Shown piece after piece: positions 25,584-35,749 of a DNA stretch of 64,000 nucleotides (positions within the stretch are counted from its first letter, which is position 1; each line of letters opens with the position of its first letter). A program made the position numbers and the translations under genes. The notes below the pieces were generated by a model. That model was not told where the DNA came from and ran no database searches. It worked only from the letters and a program-made list of their open reading frames with translations. Origin of the DNA: a virus; the IMG/VR virus record IMGVR_UViG_3300037247_000990, positions 3,730 to 67,729 of that record. One strand, written 5' to 3'.

Positions 25584-28525
25584 TCATGCTGGTGGCTGGC
25601 GACTCAACGGATGTTACAACCCACTTCGCCATGCGGAAGGTCGCCGATGGCACCGCCGCGACCGGGCTGACGATTACCGGCTTTGATCTTCAATACGTTC
25701 GTTCCGGGGTCGCCCCCGTCGCCAAAGTAGACGCAACCGCGCTGGCCGCGACCGATAGCGCCCACGCTGATAACAAGGCCATCGAGATCGATGTCACGGA
25801 CCAGCCGGGACTCTACCGGGTCGATTGGCCGGATGCCGCGTTTGCCGCCGGGGTGCGCGAGGTTATCTTGACCGTCAAAGCGGCAACTGCTTTCACTGAG
25901 CATTTGCGGGTAGAGATCGACGGTTCTGCGGCGGCCTATCTTGGTCCTCGGGGGCCTGGTGTTTGGCTTGATGACGGCGCAGCAAACACCGGAGTGGTGC
26001 TTGGGATAGACGGGACGGCCAGGAACCCTGTGAGCACGATTGCGGCGGCGACCACCATCGCGTCGAACCTTGGAGTCCAGGTATTCTATCTACTCAATGA
26101 TTCCGTGTTCACGCTGACCCAGGCTTATGAAAGTTACACATTTATTGGTCTTGGCCTCAGTAATAAAATTACGCTGGGCTCGCAAGATGTGGACAATTCA
26201 GAGTTCTGTAACCTTATCCTGACTGGAACGCAGGGTGGCACTGGTCAAATATATGCACACCACTGTTCATTGACGGCGCTTGTTTCTGCCGAACTTATCG
26301 CATTCCATTGTTGGCTCACGGGGAATAATACGCTTCGCGCTGCGACCACTCACATATTCAAAGATTGTTGCAGTGCTGTAGCAGGACAGGCGACATCTGA
26401 CCTAACCTTCCCTGGTTCGGGCACGACGAGTGTGAACTTTAGGCATTATTCTGGGGGGTTGACAGTTAAGAGTGCCACAACAAATGACACAATGTCCTTT
26501 GAGGCTGATGGCCAGATTGTCATTGATGTTTCTTGCACCAGTCTCACCATAAGTGTGCGTGGCAACTGCCAGATCACGGATAATGGCACGACGACCAATT
26601 TGACTCAGGAAGCCGCTATAAATCGGACGAATATCAACGCCGAAGCTGATGATGCGATTGTAACTTACGGCCTGGACCATTTGGTGCAAACATCGGCTTT
26701 CGATACAGATGTGGCCGATGACAGTATTATCGCGCAAATGGTGGATGCCGGTAGCACATCAGACTATACTAATTATTCCAAGACCGAGGATAGCTTACGC
26801 GCCATATCAGAAAAGGTAAGTTCTATTGGCTCGGCGTCGGGCGGTGGTTTTAACTTCGCCGCAGTTGGCTCCGACGCTCTGACGGACACGATCAATGATG
26901 CCGAGGATGCTGTTGATAAAAGCACCAGCCCGGCCACTGTTGGTATCCCTGTAACGGGGCACGCGTTCCTTGCGGGCCATGAAGTGACCATTGCGGGCAC
27001 GGCTAATTACAACGGAAGTTTTGTAATAGACAGTGTGTCCACAAACGAAGTCGTAATCGTGTCGGCCTTCGCGGCGGAAACTTTCTCCAGCACAGACACC
27101 ATCGTTTCCTCGATCAAGGGCGAAAGTATCGAGGGCGTTGAAACCACAAACACATTTGCCTCCACGGTTAGCGAGGATGGTGTCTATCATGTGATTGACG
27201 ATGACGGGGCAAACAACTTTACAATCTCATATCGGGTTGAGGTTGGTGGCGGTAGACGTGCAACCGAAGCAGTGTTCCAAGGTTTCCTTACCGGCTCCAA
27301 CGACAACGCCTTTATACAGGCATATGATTTTGTTGGTAGCGCATGGGAAACGCGCGCGCTTCTGACCGGGCAAAATGGTTCCGTCAACCAGACAATAACG
27401 ATTTCTTTACTAGCCCGAAATACCGGAACAAGCGCGCCTGATCTGGGTGTGGTCTTTCTCCGTATTACAGACGATACGGGTAGAGGCAGTTCAAACCCAA
27501 CGCTGAATGTTGACAGTTTTTTGGTTGAGGCCGTTGGTATAGGACAGACGGCAGGCTACCAGAATGGGCGGATAGCGCTGGACACGAACAATGGCACTGC
27601 TGGGGCCGAGGCATTTGTTAATGGGGTAGCGGATAACCCTTGTTTAACCCTTGCGGATGCCAAGGCGCTATCTACATCAGTCGGAATTAGTGATTTCCAT
27701 ATCATCAATGGATCGAGCATAACTTTGGCCGAGAGCACAGCCAATGAAAGCTACTTTGGCGACAACTGGACACTTGCGCTCGGCGGCCGAGATGTGGACG
27801 GGGCTTATTTCCAAGGCGCTCATGTAACAGGCGTTGGGATATCAGCAACAGAAGTGCATTATGAAGGTTGTGATGTTGGCACAATGTCGGCCCAGATTGG
27901 ACACTTTGATTTCTGTGCATTCAGCGGCACTGTCACTCAAACTCTTGCGGGCGATTATGAATACCATAATTGCTATAGCAATATTGCGGGAGCCGGTGCC
28001 CCGACTTTCACAAAAACCGCAGGACAGGCAATTACTGCTGCTTGGCGCAACTGGATGGACAGTATAACGATTTCTGGGCTGCAGTCCGGTGACACAATTA
28101 CCATTAACGGCCGTCTCGGGACAGTGACATTAAACGGTGCAGACGCCTCCGTTGAGATAAGAGGGTCTTATAAGAGCATTGTCAATAACTTAACCGGAAG
28201 TCCTACTGTTAATATAGATGGTGCATGGAAGGGCTCGGACATAGCGGACACTCTTACGGATACCGACGAACTCCAGGCCGATGACGTGCCGGGCCTGATC
28301 GGGGCGCTAAACGATTTCGACGTAACGGCACAACTGGCCGAGAGTTACGCGGCTAATGGAGTTGCCCCGACGGCGGCGCAGTTGTGGTTTGCGGTCCACC
28401 AGATGCTCATGCAGTTTGGCATCTCGGGCACGAGTATTACGGTACGCAAACTCGATGATGCGGCCACGGCATTTGTGGTAACGCTTGACGACGCCACCAA
28501 CCCGATCGACGCCAAGAGGGTGTGA
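25580..28525 (+). CDS. Large putative virion fibre protein (981 aa)
   Basis: T/G/A-rich; PGLYRVDWPDAAFA motif; two internally duplicated beta-helix-like halves. Confidence 0.7.
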   Translation: MIMLVAGDSTDVTTHFAMRKVADGTAATGLTITGFDLQYVRSGVAPVAKVDATALAATDSAHADNKAIEIDVTDQPGLYRVDWPDAAFAAGVREVILTVKAATAFTEHLRVEIDGSAAAYLGPRGPGVWLDDGAANTGVVLGIDGTARNPVSTIAAATTIASNLGVQVFYLLNDSVFTLTQAYESYTFIGLGLSNKITLGSQDVDNSEFCNLILTGTQGGTGQIYAHHCSLTALVSAELIAFHCWLTGNNTLRAATTHIFKDCCSAVAGQATSDLTFPGSGTTSVNFRHYSGGLTVKSATTNDTMSFEADGQIVIDVSCTSLTISVRGNCQITDNGTTTNLTQEAAINRTNINAEADDAIVTYGLDHLVQTSAFDTDVADDSIIAQMVDAGSTSDYTNYSKTEDSLRAISEKVSSIGSASGGGFNFAAVGSDALTDTINDAEDAVDKSTSPATVGIPVTGHAFLAGHEVTIAGTANYNGSFVIDSVSTNEVVIVSAFAAETFSSTDTIVSSIKGESIEGVETTNTFASTVSEDGVYHVIDDDGANNFTISYRVEVGGGRRATEAVFQGFLTGSNDNAFIQAYDFVGSAWETRALLTGQNGSVNQTITISLLARNTGTSAPDLGVVFLRITDDTGRGSSNPTLNVDSFLVEAVGIGQTAGYQNGRIALDTNNGTAGAEAFVNGVADNPCLTLADAKALSTSVGISDFHIINGSSITLAESTANESYFGDNWTLALGGRDVDGAYFQGAHVTGVGISATEVHYEGCDVGTMSAQIGHFDFCAFSGTVTQTLAGDYEYHNCYSNIAGAGAPTFTKTAGQAITAAWRNWMDSITISGLQSGDTITINGRLGTVTLNGADASVEIRGSYKSIVNNLTGSPTVNIDGAWKGSDIADTLTDTDELQADDVPGLIGALNDFDVTAQLAESYAANGVAPTAAQLWFAVHQMLMQFGISGTSITVRKLDDAATAFVVTLDDATNPIDAKRV

Positions 28526-29481
28526 TGGCTATCCGTACCGTAGTGACCAGGGGCTACGGCAACGGCACTTTCATCGGGACCATCGCGCTTGTCGTAGTCC
28601 GTGGTTATCTTGCCGTCATCAGCGTCCACACCCTCATTCCCAACGATATCGCCCATGCCCACGCCCTCGAACAAGTCGGCCTGACGCAGAATCACGTCCT
28701 TGCCACCGACGATATCACCAACGCGCATGCGCTCGATGCCGCCGGGATGACCCAGGTTCATATCCTCATCGCCGACGACCTGGCGCATGGCCACGATCTC
28801 GATCAAATCGCGTTTAGCCAGAACCATGTGCTGACGGCGAACGATATCAGCCATGGCCAGGCGCTCGATCAGACCATCGTCACCATAGGCGACATCACCT
28901 TGACGCCGAACGACATCGCCCATGACCACGCCTTGGATAGGGCAGTGATGACGCAGGATCATGTGTTGGCGCCCAACGATATAGGCCACGAGCAGGCATT
29001 GGATCAGGCGGCTTTGACCCAGATCCATATCCTCGGCCCGCAGGACATCGCCCACGACCAGGCGCTCGATCAGGCCGGGTTGACCCAGGACCATGTGCTG
29101 ACCGCCGATGACATAGGCCACGGCCAAACGCTAGACCAACCCGCGATAAGCCAAATCCATGTGCTGGCACCGTCCGACGTGATCCACGCCCAGGCTCTCG
29201 ACCAAGCCGGGCTGTCGCAAAACCACGTCTTGACCGCCGATGACATCCTGCTCGGCCATCTGCTCGACCAGACCGCCGTGATCACCGGCGACATCGTGCT
29301 GACGGCCAGCGACATCATCCATGCGCATGCGCTTGATGAAACCGGCATCATCGAAGGCTTGCGCATCAAGAAGACCGAAACCCGCCCCGATAACACGCTG
29401 ATCACAAACCGGCCCGACCGCACCCTCGACACCAAGAGGCCGAGGTCGGGATATACTACCGTCAGGAAGGACGTTTCATGA
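28522..29481 (+). CDS. His-rich tandem-repeat protein (11 x ~22 aa)
   Basis: Repeats of consensus HVL.xDDI.H.xALDQ..LTQ. Confidence 0.75.
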   Translation: MMAIRTVVTRGYGNGTFIGTIALVVVRGYLAVISVHTLIPNDIAHAHALEQVGLTQNHVLATDDITNAHALDAAGMTQVHILIADDLAHGHDLDQIAFSQNHVLTANDISHGQALDQTIVTIGDITLTPNDIAHDHALDRAVMTQDHVLAPNDIGHEQALDQAALTQIHILGPQDIAHDQALDQAGLTQDHVLTADDIGHGQTLDQPAISQIHVLAPSDVIHAQALDQAGLSQNHVLTADDILLGHLLDQTAVITGDIVLTASDIIHAHALDETGIIEGLRIKKTETRPDNTLITNRPDRTLDTKRPRSGYTTVRKDVS

Positions 29482-29834
29482 GCCAACAACTCACCGTTCA
29501 GCGCATTGGACCGTTTACGGTCGGCGAGGTGCCGCTCGACCTGCAAATCACCTTCAAGGATGACGACGGCAATGTCGTTAATCTGACCGGCTATACGGCG
29601 GTATTCGTCATCGAGAAGGTCGACGAGACGGACGCCACGGTCGGCACCGGCACGGCAACGATCTCGGACGAAGCGAATGGCATCACCAATTACGCCTGGG
29701 TGGCGGCCGATTTCGACGCGGCGGGGCAGTACCGAACGCAGATGTGGGTCAACAATTCGTCCACTGGCAAGACCTTGGCGTCGGACGTGTTCGAGTATTT
29801 CGTTCGCCCCGGAACCACGCGGCCAACATTCTGA
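29478..29834 (+). CDS. BppU N-terminal-like (Ig-fold) structural protein
   Basis: D.DG.VVNLTGYT...G...Y.W...DFD.AG.Y pattern. Confidence 0.65.
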   Translation: MSQQLTVQRIGPFTVGEVPLDLQITFKDDDGNVVNLTGYTAVFVIEKVDETDATVGTGTATISDEANGITNYAWVAADFDAAGQYRTQMWVNNSSTGKTLASDVFEYFVRPGTTRPTF

Positions 29835-29843
29835 GGAAGTAAC

Positions 29844-30293
29844 ATGACCTGGACTTATTCCGGCAATCCCGCAGACAGTGACCGAGACGCGGTGCGGTAT
29901 CTCGTGGGCGACACCGACTTCGGCAACCAACTCGTTCAGGACGCCGAGATCGCCTGGGTGCTGACCGAGGAGGGGAACGTCTACCTGGCGGCGGCATCGG
30001 TGGCGAGAGGCATCGGGGCGACGTTCGCGGAGGCCGTCACCAAGCAGGTCGGGGACCTCAAGATCCAGTCCCAGCAGAAGCGAGACAACTTCAAGAAACT
30101 GGCCGACGAGCTCAAGGAGCGCGGCGTCCTTCGCGCCGGCAGGCCCTACGCCGGCGGCATCAGCATCGACGACAAGCAGACGGTCCGCGACGACGACGAC
30201 CGGGTCGTCCCAGCCTTCAGGAAGCGGCAGCATGATCGCGACGACACCAGCCAGGATCGCCTCGTCAAGGACTACCAGGAGCGTGAGCCCTGA
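29844..30293 (+). CDS. Head-tail adaptor
   Basis: MTWTYSGNP...DAVRYLVGDTD...DAEI...VGDL motif. Confidence 0.75.
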   Translation: MTWTYSGNPADSDRDAVRYLVGDTDFGNQLVQDAEIAWVLTEEGNVYLAAASVARGIGATFAEAVTKQVGDLKIQSQQKRDNFKKLADELKERGVLRAGRPYAGGISIDDKQTVRDDDDRVVPAFRKRQHDRDDTSQDRLVKDYQEREP

Positions 30294-30610
30294 TGGCGAT
30301 CTCTGATTTTCACGATTTAATGCCCGACACCGTTACCCATAAGGTGATGACCGGGCGCGACGCCTACCAGAAGCCGACGTTCGGAGTCGGGACCGACTAC
30401 AAGGCTCGCGTACTGTTCCGGCAGCGATGGGTCCGGGCGGCCGACGGCACCGAGAAGCTGGCGCGCGGAACGGTATGGATAGGAGATACGCCGGAGATCG
30501 ACCCCCAGGACGAGATTACCCTGCCAGACGGGACGACCCCGCCCATCCTCGTCGTCGAGCGCATCCCAGACGAGAAGGGCATCCACCACGTTAAGGTTTT
30601 TTTCGGTTAA
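30293..30610 (+). CDS. Head closure/stopper protein
   Basis: Position and size; D.YxKP...ITLPDG...DEKG.HH motif. Confidence 0.7.
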   Translation: MAISDFHDLMPDTVTHKVMTGRDAYQKPTFGVGTDYKARVLFRQRWVRAADGTEKLARGTVWIGDTPEIDPQDEITLPDGTTPPILVVERIPDEKGIHHVKVFFG

Positions 30611-30625
30611 ACTAGGACAGTCAGC

Positions 30626-31585
30626 ATGAATTCGATCACGTCCCGCATCGACGCCATCACCGATATACCCGCCGACTACCGCGTAACAGCGCCGCCCTGT
30701 CCGAGATCGGTCAAGATCGAGTTGACCGGGCGGTGTAATTTCGCCTGTGCCTTCTGCGCCCGCTCTAAAAAGCTGCGCGATCAGGCCGACATGGACATGG
30801 GGCTATTTCAGCGCCTGCTGCGGGAAATGCGCGAGTGCGGTGTCGAGGAAATTGGCCTGTTTTATCTCGGCGAATCGTTTCTGCTGCCGTGGTTGGCCGA
30901 GGCGGTGTATTTCGCCAAGCGTGAGTGCGGCTTCCCCTATATCTTCCTGACTACCAACGGCTCGGTGGCCGATCCGGTGAAGCTCGCCGCCGTCATCGGC
31001 AATGGCCTAGATTCGCTGAAATTCTCGCTCAACTATGCCGACGAGGAGCAGTTCAAGGACATTGCCGGAGTCAAGCCGGCGCTGTTCCACGACATGATCG
31101 CCAACATTAAGAGCGCCAAGGGAGTACGCGACCGGATCTTGCGCGACCGAGGCCACCGCTGCGGCCTTTATGCTTCCTACATCCAGTATGACGGCAACCA
31201 GGGTGAGCGTATGAAGGTCGCGGTTGCCGAAGTCGAGCCCTATGTCGACGAGGTCTATGCCCTGCCGCTCTACAACCAGGCGGATTTAGTCTCTAAGGAC
31301 GAGGAAGAGCGAGGCTGGGCCCCTACTGCTGGCAACCGGGGCCGGGTCGGCGCGTTGAGGGATCCGATCCCCTGCTGGGCGGTTTTCACCGAGGGCCACA
31401 TCACCTTCGACGGTAAGCTGTCGGCATGCTGTTTCGACCATCGGGGCGACTTCAACATGGGCGACCTGACGAAGCTATCCTTCATGGAGGCTTGGCATTC
31501 CAGCGCATTCGTAGATTTGCGCACGGCCCATCTTACTGGTGACGTCAGCGGGACACCTTGCGCCGCTTGCGTGGCCTACGCCTGA
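30626..31585 (+). CDS. Radical SAM/SPASM-domain protein
   Basis: CNFACAFC (CxxxCxxC), GE and TTNG; C-terminal C...G...ACC.D...G...CAAC. Confidence 0.9.
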   Translation: MNSITSRIDAITDIPADYRVTAPPCPRSVKIELTGRCNFACAFCARSKKLRDQADMDMGLFQRLLREMRECGVEEIGLFYLGESFLLPWLAEAVYFAKRECGFPYIFLTTNGSVADPVKLAAVIGNGLDSLKFSLNYADEEQFKDIAGVKPALFHDMIANIKSAKGVRDRILRDRGHRCGLYASYIQYDGNQGERMKVAVAEVEPYVDEVYALPLYNQADLVSKDEEERGWAPTAGNRGRVGALRDPIPCWAVFTEGHITFDGKLSACCFDHRGDFNMGDLTKLSFMEAWHSSAFVDLRTAHLTGDVSGTPCAACVAYA

Positions 31586-32022
31586 TGGTACAAGAGATTA
31601 CCTTCAAGGTCCTCGGTACCGCCAAGGTCTCCAAGATGCTGGAGAATGCAGGACGACGTGGAAGAAGCGCGCTGCTCGGCACGCTGTTCGAGGAGGGCGA
31701 GGAGTTGATGCGAATATCCAAGGATCAATTCGTCCCCGTAGACACCCGGAACCTTAGCAAGTCTGGCTTCGTCCGGAAGATGAAGACGGGTCTCGGCGTG
31801 GAGGTAGGATTTGGCGGGACGGCCGCGCGATATGCGCTCAGAATCCATGAGAACCCCCGGTCCGGCAAGACCGGCGGTGTCAGCCCGTCAGGGAAGAAGT
31901 ACAAGACCTGGGCCAAGGTCGGCCAGTGGAAATATCTGATCACGCCGTTTAAGATGCGAAAGAGCGGGCTCACCAAGAGGGTGGCGCGGAGATTCGCCCA
32001 ACGGATGCGAAGGGGCAGGTAG
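31585..32022 (+). CDS. Neck protein (HK97 gp10-like)
   Basis: VPVDTRNL..SG, YA..IHE and GQWKYL..P. Confidence 0.8.
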   Translation: MVQEITFKVLGTAKVSKMLENAGRRGRSALLGTLFEEGEELMRISKDQFVPVDTRNLSKSGFVRKMKTGLGVEVGFGGTAARYALRIHENPRSGKTGGVSPSGKKYKTWAKVGQWKYLITPFKMRKSGLTKRVARRFAQRMRRGR

Positions 32023-32418
32023 ATGGTCGTCGTAGTCGCGCTCGATGAGATCGGCACCAAGCTCACCGACGACGGGATCGTGGAAGGTGCAACCGGTTGG
32101 CGGCTGGCGAAGGGCACGACCATGGAGGAGCAGGACCAAGTGGTCACCATCATCGAGGCTCCTGGTGAGATACCGGATCAGGATGCCAGCGGTGAGCCCG
32201 AGCATAATTTCCCGGCCTTCCAGGTCCGGATTCGAGGAGCGCGATTTGGGTATCAAGTAGCTCGCGTCAAGGCTCAGGAGGTCTTTAACTCGCTCAACAA
32301 CGCCGACCTTTCCGGCTTCGGCTATATCTTCGCCGACAACGCGCCGTTCTTTCTCCAGTACGACAAAAACAGCCGCCCGGAGCTGGTGGTCAACTTCTCG
32401 TCGATGCAAGAGCGGTGA
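32023..32418 (+). CDS. Tail terminator/minor capsid-3-like protein
   Basis: P.FQVRIRG...D.N.R...VVNF. Confidence 0.75.
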   Translation: MVVVVALDEIGTKLTDDGIVEGATGWRLAKGTTMEEQDQVVTIIEAPGEIPDQDASGEPEHNFPAFQVRIRGARFGYQVARVKAQEVFNSLNNADLSGFGYIFADNAPFFLQYDKNSRPELVVNFSSMQER

Positions 32419-32433
32419 CCGTCCACGAAGGAG

Positions 32434-33264
32434 GTGGTGCCACATCGACCCGAAGCGGTTTATAATGCGAGCGTCCGGCTGAGATTCACGAGTAAGTCGG
32501 GGCGGGATACTGTGAAATTGAAACCTCCGTGTGTTCTGTCCCGGCTCCTCGCTCAGCCGGGCACTATCAAAATGGACCCAGATGGACCCAGATGGTTCGG
32601 GCGTACCATCGAGGAACTTCGTCGCTGGGGGCTGCCGAAGGCATGGGCCGGGCAGACGTGCTACCTTGTAGGCGGCGGGCCTTCCCTACGGGGTTTCGAC
32701 TTCGGCCAGCTCCGCGGCCTCCACACCATCGCCATCAACCGGGCTTTCCTCGACTGTCCAGACGCCGAGGTGGTCTGCTTCTCGGACGGGCGCTTCTGGC
32801 GCTGGTGGGGTCCGGACGGAACCGAGGGTCAGTCTCTTCCGGCTCACCCCGGGCTCAAGATCACCGTCCAGTCTGATCGCAAGGTATCTCACCCCACGGT
32901 CCTGAACATGCCCGGTACGGGACGGCGCGGGCTCGAAACCCGGAGGAACCGGCTCAAGCACGGCAACTCGACCGGGTGCGCGGCGATGAACGTCGCGTGG
33001 CACCTGGGAGCGAGGAAGATCATCCTCCTGGGCTACGACGGGAAGCCCGCCGAGAACGGCGGTGACAACTACCACGGCGGACACCCGGTCGGCTACGCTA
33101 AGGCCAACCCCAGGTTCACGGCCTACGACAAGATGGCCCCGTATTACGAGCCGATCGGTCTTGAGCTCGCGGCCCGAGGCGTGGAGGTCATCAACGCCAG
33201 CCCCAACTCGGCGATAATGTGCTTCCCAAGAGTTACCCTGTCGTCTATATTCCCACCCGGATGA
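32434..33264 (+). CDS. DUF115/MptE-like (sialyltransferase-fold) protein
   Basis: LVGGGPSL, AIN.A, NSTG..A.N.A..LGA..IILLGYD and VINAS. True start may be ATG 32572. Confidence 0.7.
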   Translation: MVPHRPEAVYNASVRLRFTSKSGRDTVKLKPPCVLSRLLAQPGTIKMDPDGPRWFGRTIEELRRWGLPKAWAGQTCYLVGGGPSLRGFDFGQLRGLHTIAINRAFLDCPDAEVVCFSDGRFWRWWGPDGTEGQSLPAHPGLKITVQSDRKVSHPTVLNMPGTGRRGLETRRNRLKHGNSTGCAAMNVAWHLGARKIILLGYDGKPAENGGDNYHGGHPVGYAKANPRFTAYDKMAPYYEPIGLELAARGVEVINASPNSAIMCFPRVTLSSIFPPG

Positions 33265-33631
33265 AGGGATCACCTCCTTTCCGTCTGTGCTCAGGTGAAA
33301 ACCGATACCGTCGGCGAGGTAGCCACCCCGACCGGCACCGAGGCCCCGGAGGAGTCATACTCCGAGGTCTCTCTTGACCTCCTCATCAGATATAGTTACC
33401 GTCCGCTCGCCGGGACAATTTCCTCCCGTCTCCGGCACAGGAACTTGGCGGGCCGCCGCCTGCAGTCTCCCTGGGGTCGCGGTCCGCCCACTTTAGCCGG
33501 GGCGTATTCTGGTAGACCTGAAAATCTCGTCGTACCTTCCATATTACGGGGCCTGACGTGCCATTCTCCGGCCTCTGGGTGGGCTACCCCCCGCCGGGTG
33601 AGCGGGCGTCCCACGTCGCTCTGAGAGCGTT

Positions 33632-34474
33632 ATGACCGGCAAGACGGGATTCGTCGTCGTCAGGAAGCGGCCGGAATATCCCTTTCAGGAGATCATGGAC
33701 GGCATCGCAGCCTGCGGTGACCACGCGATCAAGGGCTACGCCAGCCAGACGGGCGACGCGAATACTGCCGTCGTGACCTGGCACCCCTACGGCAGACAGG
33801 GAGCGGCGGCCCACTGCCATCATCGGCTCGGGGGCCGGCACATCGTCGTCGAGAACGGATACGTGAGAAAAGATGCCCTCGGCGAGGCTCAGTACTGCGT
33901 CGAGTTCGACGGCTTCAACGGTCAGGGATGGATACCCAAGCACGGGCACGATTCGTGGAAATGGCATCGGCTCGGAGCCGAGCTGAGGCCGTGGCGTCAA
34001 CGCGGTGACCACATCCTCGTCTGCGGCCAGCGCGGCGGCGACTATTCAGATTATTCAATGCCGATGGACTGGCCCGACTCGATCCTCGACCGCCTCCCCC
34101 ACCTAACCGACCGCCCCATCAAGTACCGCCCCCACCCTGGTCGCCCGTGGAGACCGACCCTTCGCAAGGGCGTCGAGATCACCGATCCGCGCCGCCCCAT
34201 CCATGCTGACCTCGAAGGGGCTCACGCCTGCGTCGTGTGGTGCTCTAATGCAGCGACCGAGGCCATAATCTCCGGCATCCCGGTGTTCTATCAGGGGCCG
34301 AATCTCAAGCTCGCGAGTATCGCCTGCGACGACTTAACCTTGATCGAGGACCCGCCGATGGAGCATCGCGGCAGGGCCCTCACTGAGCTGTCCTGGTCTC
34401 AGTGGTCGCTGTCGGATCTGAAGCGCGGCGAGCCCTGGCGATTCCTGATGTATTCAGCCGAGGGCCGGGCATGA
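33632..34474 (+). CDS. Capsule-biosynthesis (KpsS/KpsC-like GT-B) protein, paralog 1
   Basis: ENGY, YRPHP, SNAATEAIISGIPV and SQWS..L..GEPW. Confidence 0.7.
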   Translation: MTGKTGFVVVRKRPEYPFQEIMDGIAACGDHAIKGYASQTGDANTAVVTWHPYGRQGAAAHCHHRLGGRHIVVENGYVRKDALGEAQYCVEFDGFNGQGWIPKHGHDSWKWHRLGAELRPWRQRGDHILVCGQRGGDYSDYSMPMDWPDSILDRLPHLTDRPIKYRPHPGRPWRPTLRKGVEITDPRRPIHADLEGAHACVVWCSNAATEAIISGIPVFYQGPNLKLASIACDDLTLIEDPPMEHRGRALTELSWSQWSLSDLKRGEPWRFLMYSAEGRA

Positions 34475-34665
34475 ATAATTCGGATCGCGAGCTGATAGAC
34501 AAGTACGTCGCCAAGCACGGCGTCACCAAGTGTCCCGACCTGGAGGCTGGGTCCGAACGTGAGCAGCTGGAACGACAGGACAAGCAGATTGCGAGGACCA
34601 TGTCGAGGGCCGGCCGCAAGGGTTGGATCAAGCGCGCATCTCAGGGAAGGATAGGCCGGATGTGA
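34471..34665 (+). CDS. Small hypothetical protein
   Basis: ATGA-coupled; GVTKCP motif. Confidence 0.5.
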   Translation: MNNSDRELIDKYVAKHGVTKCPDLEAGSEREQLERQDKQIARTMSRAGRKGWIKRASQGRIGRM

Positions 34666-35519
34666 GGGCGGTAATCTACCACGACATTAACAACACCAGG
34701 TCCAAGATCATCTGCTCCGCGATGATGCAGGGTATCCTCGAATGCGGTGACGACGCGGTATCGATCCGCTTCCAGAAGTGGCAGGGGGAGACGCCCGGAC
34801 ACGTCGCGCTGATGTACGGTGCCGGTGGTCGGCGCAAGGCGATCATGCAAGCCTATCAGGACGCCGGCAAACACTCGGTCCTGATCGACCTCGGCTATTG
34901 GAAGCGCAAGGAGGGCAGGGGTCACATGCGCTGGCGCGGGTACCACAAGGTCGTCGTCGATGGCTTCCATCCAAATAACCAGCTCGCCGTCGAGGACGGC
35001 GACTCCTCGCGGTTCCAGCAACTCGGTATTAACGTCCACCCGTGGAGAGACGGCAGCGCCGTCCTCGTGGCCGGGATGTCGGCCAAGAGTGCCGTCACCC
35101 ACGATCTGCCACCTGAAGCCTGGGAACGCGAGGCGATCCGAATCTTATCGAAGGCAACCAGCCGCGAGATCATCTACCGGCCCAAACCATCGTGGAGCGA
35201 GGCGCGGCCGCTCCCCGGCGCGACCTACTCAGCGGGGCACTATTCTGTCGAGACCGTCCTGGCACAATGTCATGCCGTCGTCACCCACCACTCCAACGTA
35301 GCCGTCGACGGGATCGTCTGGGGTCTCAACATCTACACCAACGCCGGGGCCGCCAAGGGGATGTCGGCGCAGACGATAGGGGACGTGCTCAAGAAGGTTC
35401 GGTGTCAGACTAAAACGCGAGAGAAGCTGCTGTCACACCTCGCTTGGTGCCAGTGGAACGTGGACGAGATGGCGCGCGGCGAGCCCTGGCGACACCTGAA
35501 GCGATTGGGGTTGATATGA
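34662..35519 (+). CDS. Capsule-biosynthesis (KpsS/KpsC-like GT-B) protein, paralog 2
   Basis: IDLGY, YRPKP, HSNVAVDG and CQWN..E...GEPW. Confidence 0.7.
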   Translation: MRAVIYHDINNTRSKIICSAMMQGILECGDDAVSIRFQKWQGETPGHVALMYGAGGRRKAIMQAYQDAGKHSVLIDLGYWKRKEGRGHMRWRGYHKVVVDGFHPNNQLAVEDGDSSRFQQLGINVHPWRDGSAVLVAGMSAKSAVTHDLPPEAWEREAIRILSKATSREIIYRPKPSWSEARPLPGATYSAGHYSVETVLAQCHAVVTHHSNVAVDGIVWGLNIYTNAGAAKGMSAQTIGDVLKKVRCQTKTREKLLSHLAWCQWNVDEMARGEPWRHLKRLGLI

Positions 35520-35749
35520 AGGTGGTCGGCAAGGGGACGAAGAAGGAAGCGAACGTGGCCCGCCGGCTGCTCTATGCTCTCATTTCAATGAGACCGGTTT
35601 TTAGAGGACCGAAGCCCGCGCGCTCGATCATCTCGTTACCCAACATGGCGGGCACCACCGACAGCAGCCAGCGCATGGTCGACTTCACCGAGGCCCGACG
35701 CCTCGGCGTCGCCGCTGGTGACGTTGACAGATATAGGAGAAAGAGATGA
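35516..35749 (+). CDS. Hypothetical protein
   Basis: Coupled ORF. Confidence 0.45.
   Translation: MKVVGKGTKKEANVARRLLYALISMRPVFRGPKPARSIISLPNMAGTTDSSQRMVDFTEARRLGVAAGDVDRYRRKR

Noticed and set aside
28610-29350. 66-bp periodic repeats resembling a CRISPR array
   Set aside because: Degenerate coding repeats with codon-position variation; no constant repeat/unique spacer structure and no cas genes.
29070-30233. 387-aa antisense ORF
   Set aside because: Spans three well-supported sense genes and has no recognisable domain.
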